A stretch of 63,183 bases of DNA, counting the filler, from Licmophora abbreviata (taxonomy: Eukaryota): NCBI GenBank assembly GCA_900291995.1. It is 4 parts of 4 records of this genome, joined end to end, with 100 filler letters (N's around TTAATTAATTAA, not from the genome) between each part and the next. Parts side by side here need not be neighbours in the genome. Positions count along the whole stretch, not along the records: positions 46,834 to 63,183 come from OLMU01003060.1; 3 more parts are not named here. One strand, written 5' to 3'. The notes beneath the pieces were generated by a model, which worked only from the letters and a program-made list of their open reading frames with translations, was not told the DNA's origin and searched no databases. The translations under genes were made by a program, and so were the position numbers. Below, in pieces: positions 46,834 through 58,253 of this stretch (positions are counted from its first letter, which is position 1; every line of letters starts with the position of its first letter).

Positions 46834-47119
46834 TACAAGTTTAAAGTTGAACGACATCGAGGCCTCGATTTGGCTATTCTTTCTGGTACATATCACACGT
46901 AGACTTGTACAGCAGGGACGAGTTCCAAACATAATCCCATCGCGACGCGCGACGACCACAAAACTCGTCATGGCAAAAAAAGAAAGATCGTCGAAGTAGA
47001 CGCAACTCTAGTCCAATCTCTCCGCTTCACCTATGCAGTTGTTGTCTTGTTGGACGTGCTGCTTACATCTCTGCAATTAGCTCTAAGCAGAAGTCTTGTT
47101 TCTGTCAATCGACGAAGCG

Positions 47120-50100
47120 ATGATGTCTGAAAAGGACTCGGCCCGTCGTCAGGATGATCCATCACCATCGTCATCACTCACGCCGCTGCACCCACAGGCC
47201 ATTGAAAAGATGGCGTATCCATCCTTGCAAGACCGCAAAGAAGCCGTGACAGCTCGTTTGGCTGTCATTGGTGGGAGCAGCGGTGCAGTCAAGAAAAAGA
47301 CTGGCGGCGACACGAGTTCGGCTGCCCTCCATAAGTCTAGTCGCGACGGGAGCGCCACCCGGCAGCAGCAATCAAAAGATACCACCGCGACTGCATTATC
47401 GGCATCCTTGCTATTGCAGGTGCCCTTTACCCCCAAGACGGATACGCAGTGGGACTATGTTTGCAAGGAAATGATGTGGCTCGCAGCGGACTTTCAGACG
47501 GAACGCAAGCGTCAAATGTCGCTCGGAAAGAAGGTGGCTTCATCCGTCAAGCAGTTTCACAAGACCAAGGAAACGAGGCGCGTGCGGGAACTGGCCGAAG
47601 CCGAGCTCAAACGTCGACGGTTGGCAGGACGGATCGGACGGGAGCTCAAGGGAAATTTTTGGACCAAAATTGAACGCGTGATTGCCTACAAGCAAAAGTT
47701 GCATGCCAATGTGGAACGGCGCCAGGCGATGAACAAACAGCTCGTGGCGCTTGTCAAACAGACGGAGCGGTATGGAGAGACTTTGGCCAGGCAGCAGCAG
47801 TATCAGATGGATGAGTGGTCAGACGATGAAAGTGACTACGTGGAGACGCATCAAGATGGGATCGTGACCGCCGCGAAGGAGCGTCGACATCGAATGACGA
47901 TTGAAGAAGCACTTCAGCAGGGTGAGGCAGAACCCATGAGGCGAATCAAGAGCGTCTTGACAGACTACTCTAGAGTGGACCTCAGTGAATACAATGATAG
48001 CTTTTACGGCGAGTCCACAACTTCCGAGTCAGGGTCTGACGGTTCCTTTGTCTTGGATAGTGAGTCAGACGACGATGAGACTACGTTGCTTGAAGCCGAA
48101 ACCTCCGAGTTGAGGGAACGAATGGGCATGCGGGACTCGGGCTCGGACGACGATGATGAGGCTAGATCGTACGTTGGCGATCCGGTCGAACTGCGAAAGC
48201 TACAAGAAGAGGCTGAAATGGACGTTGACCTAGTCCTTCAGAGATTCCGAGAAGAGGCGAATGACACATCGGCAGAGAATAATGACGAGATGGAGCAGGA
48301 TACGTCCGAACATCACACCACCAAGCGAGTGTCGTTTGCCAAGCAAGTCGAAACAGCTGTAGTCTCCATTCCATCGAAAGCAGAAGCTACTGCGCAAAAG
48401 CCTTCCTCAAAGACTGTCGCCCTCGCTCCTCGAACGACAAGACGAACGACCAGGGTGGATCCAGGAAACGACGCGGATGACGACGCTGACGCGAGTGACG
48501 TGGAAGATTTTGTGTTAGAGACTGAGGATGATCGCATGATGTCTGACGGATCTGATGAGTTCGAGGTAGACGTGAATGAAAAGGACGACGAAACCACCAT
48601 CGAGATGGAAGAAAAGCTTGGACGAGAGATGAGCGCCGAGGACGAAATAAATTTGCTCAATCGTGAAAGTGAAATGTCCATTGATGAATTACGACAAATG
48701 TATGCGTCAATGGAAGAGCAAGTGGACTCGAACGTGACACAAGAAGGTGAAAGTCTTGATAGCGACATGTTTGACGGCAGGCGCAGATCGTCGAGGAAGC
48801 GGCCAGCGGACCAGATCTGGGAAGAAGACGACGCAAAGGACGAAGATGAGTTCACTCCTCCAGAATTCATGGAGATCGACGACGAGACCACGATTGAAGC
48901 CGAGGAAAGACTTGAACAAGGGATGTCCCATGCGCAAGAGATTTCTTTACTCGAGCAAGAGAGTGAGATCCCGATCGAACAGCTCCGCGCTATGTACGCT
49001 TCAGCATCTGTACCTCCCTCACGGGTTGATAGCGAGTCATCAAGTGCCGATCATGACACCGAACCCTCCTCTGCAGAGGCGACGTCTTTGCTGCACCTTG
49101 ATTTGGCTGAGAACGATAATGAGGATATCGACGAGATCCGACCTGGAAACGAAGATATTCTGGTCGACGACGAGACGACGATAGAAGCCGAAGAGCGATT
49201 GGGTCGCGACATGTCTTTCGAAGAAGAACTCGACCTACTACAACGAGAGAGCGAAATGTCAGTAGACGATCTGCGGCGCATGTACGCCTCTATGGACGAG
49301 CCCGAGGGTGAACAGGAATTGAAGGGGTCTCCATTTGATGCTTCCGCGTTCGAAGCAGATGATTGCCGTGAGGAGGACGAGTTCCACCCCGATAGTAACG
49401 CTGTAGACGATGAGACAACAATCGCAGAAGAGGAACGTCGGGACCGTGAAATGAGCGTCGATGAAGAGATTGAGTTGTTAAAACGTGAGAGCGAAACTCC
49501 CGTTGAAGAGCTCAGGAGGCTGTACGGGCTTTCCAAGAAGAGTGTCAATTCGTCAGATGAAGATGAGAGGAGCGATGATACATCCCCAGCGGACAACAAA
49601 CGAAGGAGGATTGACGATAATGAACCCAACAGTGAGCAGGACGAAGGTCTAGCTGCTCTTCGTGCGCTCAGTGCCTCTGAGGAACTCGCTCGGTCGACAG
49701 TCGCGTCCAGACCGTTCCTGTTGTCGAATTGGGTTAATCTTCGTGAGTACCAGCAAATCGGTTTGAACTGGCTCGTCTCCATTCAGAGTCGGCGTCTCAA
49801 CGGAATCCTAGCTGATGAGATGGTAAGCTGCAGCAGCAAAAATGAATCTGAATGTTGCATGATTGCGGTGCACTCATGACAATTACGGTGACCTGTGCGC
49901 GTAGGGCCTCGGGAAAACTTTGCAGACGATTGCACTCTTAGGCTACCTCGCTGCGTATAAGGGAATTTGGGGTCCTCATCTCATTGTGGTCCCTACATCC
50001 TGTATCGTAAACTGGGAGACTGAGTTCAAACGGTTCTGCCCTGGTCTGAAAGTCCTGTGCTACTACGGGTCGGCGAAACGACGGAAAGAACTTCGTCAGG

Positions 50101-53100
50101 GCTGGACGAAGGTACATTCGTTGAAGCATACGCTAGTCTGCATCGAATGAGTCGCTCACCTTCCATTTGTTTGTCACAGGCAAACTGGCACCACGTTATT
50201 GTGACATCATATCAGTTGGTGGTACAAGACTCGTTCGCATTTAAGCGGAAGAAATGGTACTACTTAATTCTTGACGAAGCCCACAACATCAAGAACTTTG
50301 AGTCTCAGCGATGGCAGGTAAGTTCGCTTTTGTTTGAGGTCGTCTGTAATTGTGAAAGTTCTCGAGCTCATTCTGCCTTGCGCTCAGACTCTCATCAACT
50401 TTAATACGCAGCGCAGGCTTCTTCTGACCGGAACCCCTCTTCAGGTAAGTTCTTACGTGCAAGATGACAAACCCCATCTCGCTTAGACTGACACGCAAAC
50501 GTTTATTGGCTTTGTCCCTAGAACAACCTGATGGAGCTCTGGTCTCTCCTTCACTTTCTTATGCCTCATGTCTTTCGATCGCGACAACAGTTTTCCTACT
50601 GGTTTTCAAACCCCATGAACAGCATTATTGACGGCAGCGCCAATCGTAGCGACGACTTGATCACGCGACTGCACGGCATAATTCGTCCCTTTGTACTCCG
50701 TAGATTGAAGAAGGAGGTGGAGAAACAACTTCCCGGAAAGTACGAGCACATCTTAAAGTGTCCGCTTTCTCGGCGTCAGGTAGGCGACACCATATGTGTG
50801 ACATTAGTGTCTCGGAGATTTGTTTCCTCACAAAATCCTTTCATATGGCAGATGTTCCTTTATGAGGAATTCATTGCTCGTTCCTCCACACGCCAGGCCC
50901 TCAAGAAAGGTGGAAACTTCATGGGGATGATGAACGTTCTTATGCAATTGAGGAAAGTTTGCAATCACCCGGACCTTTTCGAACCTAGGTCGATCGTCAC
51001 TCCGTTTGTCATAGAGCCATTACATTGGAGCACGGCCGGCTGTGTACTAAATATTGTCAACAGGCGCAACGTCCTCGAGTGTCTTAGCGGTGGCTTTCTT
51101 TCGGCTCTCTGGATGGGCGCTTCAGGAGAGATCTCACCCGAGCGATCGCTTGACTTTGATAGCGTAAAGGCAGAGCAGTTGCAGCGTCTGAGAACTCCTG
51201 ACAATCTTTTTGATGAGAGATTTGAGGCAATTGACGTTGGCGAGCCGCTCCAGAAGGACGGAAGACCCAGCAGCCTAAGTCCACTGCTCAAAACTGTCTG
51301 GGAGAGAGTTCGGAAAGAGAAAGAAGACCAAATCGCATTTCAGCGAAACATCAATTCGCACCGCTGCCTGGCACCAGCGTGTTCCTATTCTTCACGCCTT
51401 CTGGAAGCTGTCGAGATTGACGATGCTCCTCTCGACCGTTTCGATTGCGAGATTGTCTCAAATGGGCAGGTTGTTTCCTCTCCAGCTGCTCTTCTTGCTT
51501 TGAAGAGATCTCAACAAGACCGAGCCGACGAGAACGACGAGACCATGAAGAAATTTATTTTCTGTGTCCCGACAGCGGGCGCCCAGCAAATTCGACTGAA
51601 TACATCTTGTGCAAACTCAGTTGAGGACAATATGATATCTGACTTGGATACAATGCTGAAAGAGCCCTTCGATGAGTATTGTCGGCCATTCCGGAAGGCC
51701 CAGGCGCGTCTGTCTTCATTTTTTCCCGACAAGAAACTCGTCCAGTTTGACTCAGGGAAACTACAAACTTTGGCACCGCTGCTTCATGATCTGAAGAGCG
51801 GTGGTCATCGAGCCCTAATCTTCACGCAAATGAGCAAGATGCTTGACGTACTGGAAGCATTTCTAAATCTCAATGGGCATACGTACCTTCGACTGGACGG
51901 GGCAACAGGAGTAGAACGTCGACAACGCTTGATGGATCGGTTCAACAACGATTCCAAGGTCTTCTGTTTCATTTTGAGCACTCGAAGTGGAGGATTGGGA
52001 ATCAACCTCACCGGGGCCGACACCGTCGTAAGTTTGCACTTTACTGGCACCAACATGTCAAACATATCCAGCGTCGGGGAGCTCATCGTTTCCTTTTTCC
52101 CTCGTTTCGCAGATTTTCTATGACAGCGACTGGAATCCCGCCATGGATGCACAGGTAAGAATTCACATCTCGCGTGACATAATTTCTCCCTGCACGACGA
52201 GATTCTCAAAGAAATTCCCAACGTACATAGGCACAAGACAGAGCCCACCGGATAGGCCAGTCACGAGACGTACACATCTACCGACTCATCACAGAGCATT
52301 CAATCGAAGAGAACATTCTGTTGAAGGCTCAGCAGAAACGGAATCTTGACCTGCTTGTCATGGACGAGGGAAAGTTCGATGCTTCGAATCGAGCTCCAGA
52401 GAAAACCGACGACGTCGGTGATGTATACACGAAAGACGGACTGCGCTCTATTCTCGGTGCTGATGGAACGGATGAGAACACTGAAGCTAGTGGGGCTGCG
52501 GAAACGACATCGAAAGAGCAAATGGAGAAGGCGATGGCGTCGCTAGAAGACGAAGATGACGTGAGGGCCATGCGAGGCGCTCAAAAGGAAGCATCGGAGG
52601 AGCTCCAGGAGTTCGATGAATCAATAGAAATCAAGAATGATGACGAAGGTGTCGAAGGGCGGGAAGAGACCACCGCCGTCGCTGGGCCTTCCAAAAAGAA
52701 GGTTCCGGTAAGGACGGCTTCTGAATCGGGAGAAACTGGCGAACAGGACGAGACTTCACCCGAAAAAGTTGAGGAACAGGCAATGGAGAAGGAATTCGCC
52801 TCATGGCAGAGCAAGGTGGGCTTAGACGCATCTGCGATCGAAGCATCTCTTGCGCCAACGGAGCGGTATGCTCTGAAATTTCGTGAAGAAATCGACCCAT
52901 TCTATTCTATTTTCGCAATCATGGAATACAAACGCAAACTTGCGGCACAGGAGATTGACGACGGAGAGATTGACATAGACGAGCTTGAGCGACTCAAAGC
53001 CGCTGAGGAGAGACGTGCGTTTCTACGACGGTGATCTTCTTGGCACGAATCCCCGCCCCGAAGAACTGTTGCGGCAACGTCATTTGTACACCCGAGAGAA

Positions 53101-54357
53101 GGCACGACTCCAGTCGAACAAGAAGCGGAGGATGCTCACAGGTGAGAATTGGGAACGGAGAATCGACGGAATGACGAAGAATCCATTTTGGTACAATATC
53201 GATACCGGAGAAGCATTGTGGGACAAGCCGCGAGTACTTCTTGATCTCGAAGCCTATGCACTCGCTCGTGAGCATCTTTGGAATGCTCTGCCCGTCAAGC
53301 CACTTGTTTCCATCATGGAATTTCTCGTGCCCTTTCCAGACAGAATGCGCTGTGCATCTGTGTGTCGACAATGGCGAAGCGCGGCGACTGACAACTCTTT
53401 TGTAAGGCACGTCCTTCCCGCCGAGATGGGTGACTTGCAACGGAGGGCCGCGCTCTGGAACATAATCACTATCGAACGATCGAAGAGGCACTTGCAATAT
53501 GTCTGCCGGGCGACACCATTGGTATGTACCGTAATTGCTCCCCCTCGTTGAAGTCGCTTGCTGCTGCCACGCTCTCATACCTCCGTCTGTTCGCTTTTAT
53601 TGTAGAGCTGGGCGACGGCAAGTATTGGGTGAACGAACCTGGTCTAAATATTGACTTTCCACTGAGAATCGTTGGCGACGAGCACGACCCCTCACACGTA
53701 ATTGTCGAGCTAAGCGGCTCCATCACATGGAAGGGAAAAAGTGGCTGGATCGAGGGAGTTACATTCCGACGGCCACGGATATCAACCGGCGAACAAAGAA
53801 CCGAAGCGATACTTCAACTTAAGCCAGGTGGCAGGTTGGACATGACGCAGTGCGTTATGGACAACGCTGGGAACCCAGATAATGTAGCTCGGGTCACAGG
53901 CCCGAACGCGAAAGGCGCGTGGCACCTTGCTGAGATAAGAGGAAGCGGTGCTGGCTCCGGACTTTTGATAGAAGGCTCTGCACACATCGAACTATCGAAG
54001 GTACGTCATCTACATTGGAGGGTCAAGTCTCAATACGGCCAATCTCACACTTAGCTCGTTCAGTGCACACTGTCGAATAACAGACAGTGGGGATTGATGA
54101 GCAAGGAGGCGTCTACATTCAAACTTTCGCAATGCCGTTTCGAAGAGAATCTTGGGGGTGGCTTGCTCTTGCGCGGAAATAGTCGTGGTCAGTCTCTCAA
54201 AAGCCGATATGCACGCAATGGCGGGTTGCTGGTCGATAAGGAGCAGGGATCGACTTGCACACCGTGCAGTGGCAACACCTGGATCCTTCCATCCAACGAT
54301 TCATCCCAAAAAGCCCCTCTTGGTTTTCGCATAGTTTTTGAGAACGAAGAAAGCTAG
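47120..54357 (+). CDS. SWR1: SWR1/SRCAP/PIE1-type SNF2 chromatin remodeller with apparent WW, F-box and beta-helix C-terminal extension (multi-exon; frame breaks ~53021, ~53436)
   Basis: HSA ([20 protein letters not shown]), [26 protein letters not shown], split ATPase with insertion, [36 protein letters not shown]; the 3' end past 53034 relies on frameshift correction. Confidence 0.9.
48070..49530 (+). repeat. Five acidic protein-level repeats within SWR1 (DDETTI..EE...MS...EI.LL..ESE....LR.MY)
   Basis: DDETT occurs five times; four copies are followed by the complete helix motif, the first is divergent. Confidence 0.85.
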
Positions 54358-54403
54358 GAATCATAAAGTTTACAGAAAGATAAAGTGCAAACAACAAGAG
54401 AAA

Positions 54404-55536
54404 CTACATTTCATTCGCTCGATTCGGTACCACTATGCACTCGTCGTCATCAGATTCTTCCTCTTCCGACTCTGCAACACAAAAGAACTCTCCCGCGACG
54501 ATACTGCGAGTCGAAACAACCGCACTCGTCCCATCTTCAAACCCGACGACCTCACAGTTCGCATTCGTCGAAGACCGATAGAGCTCACATTCGGGCATGT
54601 CTTCTTCGGTAAAGAGCAGCGTCCCCTCCTCTATGTCGTTCGCCGCGTACAAGCCGTCAACGTTACTCATCGAAGGGGGATCCGCATGATCTTCTTCATC
54701 AGCAGCACTTGAATGCATGTAAAAGTCTCGAGCATAGGACACCGAAGGCGTTGCTTGCGCGGGGATCACAGTTCGATGCCACCAAAGTCTTGTGTTCACG
54801 ACCAGCACGTCTCCCTGTTGACACTCTACACAGAATGTGGAGGCCCTTGACAGTTCTGCCTCCGGAATCGACTCTAGCAGTTCCTTTGTAGGACGGAGAT
54901 ACCAGCGCTTGGTGCCCGACAGCTGATAGTGCCATGTGCCGTCGTGCGATACGGAATCTGTATGATCGGGTCGGCCCTGCAAGTCGCCGCCATCATTCGT
55001 GCGACCGAAAAAGAACCACAGACAAGGACCGTACGTGCAATCCACACCGGGTAGCTCGCTCAAGGGAAGTCTCGAGAGCGTTTCACTAAGCTGCGCAGTA
55101 TCGTTTTGTAAAAGAAAGCTGCAGTATCCGCGGGTCGATGATAGTAGCATCACTTTGTCCGTATCCAAAAACTCCTCAGGAGACAGGGCGACCTCATCGT
55201 CGTGACCACCATTCTCGACGCACCATGAGTCTCGATCGTCAGCAGCAAGACCGCGAAAGAGATTATTTATATCCTTAGCCGAGAAGTGCTTCTTCTTCGG
55301 GTCAGTCCAGCGAGAATGTTGGGAAGATGCGCTACTTTGTACACGCTGTAGGTATCGAGGAACTTGTCGACATTCGGATCTTGCGTGGGATCGCTGTTGT
55401 TTCCTTTGAAATGAATCACTGGGACAACACCGACATCATCATGACATGCATCTGTCCGCCGTCGTTTTCTTGCTGACTGAGGCATACCACCTTCCGAAGA
55501 TGGCTGCGTAGCTTCCGTCGCCATGATACCAGGCAA
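54404..55536 (-). CDS. JmjC/cupin-like 2OG oxygenase with C-terminal SET-like segment (frame break ~55300)
   Basis: RPDHTDSVSHDGTWHYQLSGTKRWYLRP...GDVLVVNTRLWWHRT (HxD...H); adding one C joins ORF 55267-55536 to 54404-55168. Confidence 0.8.
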
Positions 55537-55804
55537 TGGTAATCGCCGCCACTTTGCGATCCGATGATGATGTCGTCGCGCGAGAACTCTGACGCCGCAA
55601 CACGCGCGAGCTTTGGTGCTGTTTCAAACGCGTTATCCCGCCATTCATTTTAGCATCATCACACACGGTTACGCCATTCTATGCTCTCTATAGACTCATC
55701 CTCTCGCGTAGTCACAAATCGCTCGTGAATTGATAGATAGTAGACCGAAACAATCATTATGGACCAAAGCTAGCTAGATCTACACACTACCGCTGAAATA
55801 ACCA

Positions 55805-57913
55805 TCAACTGTACCGCACATCGCTGTCCCGCCTCGTCGCGTATTCGTCCGACACAGAAGGTGCGACCTCCAGAAAGAAGTGAATGGCGGCGTCATACAG
55901 TAGCCTGAGTCGCTGTCGAGTCTGTTTCCGTTTGGGGTCCTGCCGTTTCATTTCCGACTTTTCTACGGCAATGCATGCATCGAAGAACCCTTTCATGGCA
56001 TCAAGGTGTGCCGGTGACTTGCCACTCCCTTTAGACACATAGGTAGAACGGAGTACCACATCACAGACTTTTCGGGTAGTTTTCAAATCGTTGCTGTCAA
56101 TCGAGTACATGACACATCGCAAGCAAGCCACAGCGACCGACGGAATGCCAAACACGCATGAGTCCGGTTCTGCCACGTCTCGACCTCCTGACAGTAGCAA
56201 AATTCGCTGAAACGGATCCAAAAAATCGTTTCTTAGGTATTCCTCCTCTGCTCTAGTATCATCCGTAATCTCTTTCTCCACTGACAAAAGAAGGAGTCCG
56301 AGGAGCTCCAATAAGAATGTCATATGCGCCTTGTCTTGCATGGGGATACGATTCAACCCTTTTCGCAGGATGTGCTCCGCTGTTGGTACTGCCATTGATT
56401 CGTGTGAAATGCGAACCCACTCAAGCCACACGGCAAGATCAATTTTCTCGTTACCCTGAGCGTAGTTTTTTAACACTGCAAGAGCCTCAGCCGATTTTCC
56501 TTGTTCTGAGAGGTAGTCCGATTGCTCCAGAACAAGTTCCGGTGAAGTCACCTCGTCCTGCTCAAGTAGGCGTCCAAGAAGTTGTGTCGCTGCGGCGTGC
56601 TTTTCAGTGTCGCCTTCTTCCGTAAGCTGCAGAAGATACGAGGATCGCAAGAATCGAATCGCCAGGAGGTACATGTCATTGGACGGGAGTTTCTCCACAG
56701 CTCTGGACAAGACAGATAGGACGGGATCCTTGAACGATACCTCCAGACGCTGCCGCTTGCGAGAGACTTCCGCATCATCTTGCTGCTCCTCGCCATTGTC
56801 TTCATCCTCTAGTGCTATTGAAATAAATCCAACAGCTTTGGTAGCGCCTCTGTCGCTGTTGGCCGCAAACGCTGCTCGGGCAATCCATGCCTCTGCCTGA
56901 TCTTCAAAGTCCCGTGCAACTGACTCGACAATATGGGCCTCCAACTTTTCCGTTTCAGGAAAACCGTTGCAAAGATCCAAAAAGTTCAATCGAAAGGTGA
57001 CATCATCCGATACGGCCTTTATTGCATTGTTGAAGACCACCATTGGAATCATGGCGTCGTGAAAGATAGATGAGGTCGTCTCCTCTATTTCTTCCGCATT
57101 GATTTTGTCATCCACCAGCTGCAATATTTCTCGCCGTCCGCGCAGTTTTTGCAAGTGATGCAGCTCCATGCAAAAGTACTGAAGCCACAACTCTCGTGCC
57201 GTTGCGTTGATTCGCAGGCCCCGCTGCAGCAAGACTCGCGCCGGCTGCACAGCACCACCACCGACCGTCTCCGTGCCATCCCTTGGGATACCAAAGAACT
57301 CCAACGACGACGCTTCAATCCACAATCCCACATTCCGAGGGTGCACTTGCAATGCTTCCGCATAGATACGGGATAATCGCGTGTAAGACTTGGCTCGTTT
57401 GCAAAACTCGGCATGTTGCAAGTACAATGAGACATCACTCCGATACTTGCGAATGACGCGAGTAAACAAAAAGTGAATGTGCTGGACAATGTGCGTGTCT
57501 CCCAGATGTTGCTTCTTGCTGTCGGATTTCTCCTCCTGTTTGCTGTCATTGGTCTTTTTCCTTTCTTCTTTTTGTCTCAGTAGTACCTGTTTGGTTCTCA
57601 ATTCTCTGAGTTTCTCTAGATTCATTTCAGCCTCAATGTACCGCAAGAAATCAGCCTTTCGAGCGGTGCGGCGTCTCAATAGATACTCGGAATCACGACG
57701 TCTTGCAACAATCATTCGAATCTCAGTCTACAGATGCAAGTAATCGGAGAGAGGGAAGAAATGTGAGAAATATCACTGGAGTTTCGACACTCTCTCATTG
57801 TCAGTTTGTTGAATGCTGTGGCGGTCGCGTACCTCGGAAAAAATATGCCGATCCATCAGGTCACGTAGCGGCGCGACCATTTGGTCCAGGACGGCCTGGA
57901 CTTGTTCCGCCAT
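55805..57913 (-). CDS. UTP6: U3 snoRNA-associated protein 6 (one 5' intron)
   Basis: MAEQVQAVLDQMVAPLRDL..IFSE|TEIRMIVARRRDSEYLLRRR..KADFLRYIEAEMNLEKLR; HAT repeats (HPRNVGLWIEA, ARVLLQRGLRIN, LWLQYFCMEL). Confidence 0.9.
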
Positions 57914-58124
57914 GGTGAATCAGTTCACTTTATGATGGTTTCCAAAGTAGAAGAGAGGAAGGATGCCGACGGTGTGATCATCAACATGGCGTGCCTACGC
58001 TGTGTGCCAAAGAACAAGAGTTTCGAACTTTGAGGACGAGAAATTTTCGTGGCTGTCGGCGCGCGGCACTTCCGAATCCTGCTTTGATTGGCGGCCAGAC
58101 GCCCAGATGGAATCTTCTTAGAAT

Positions 58125-58140
58125 TGAGTCGAATGAGTCA
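58125..58140. promoter_or_regulatory. Candidate cis-element TGAGTCGAATGAGTCA
   Basis: In the divergent UTP6/PqiA-protein intergenic region; identical to 2271-2286. Confidence 0.35.
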
Positions 58141-58253
58141 ACAATACTCTTGCAGCATCAGAATTTGGAAGAAGTCACCAAGTTCAAAGTTCACAATGGC
58201 ATCAACGCAATGATGGCGACTTATTGAGAGCCGGTTCACGCCCTTGACACAAA

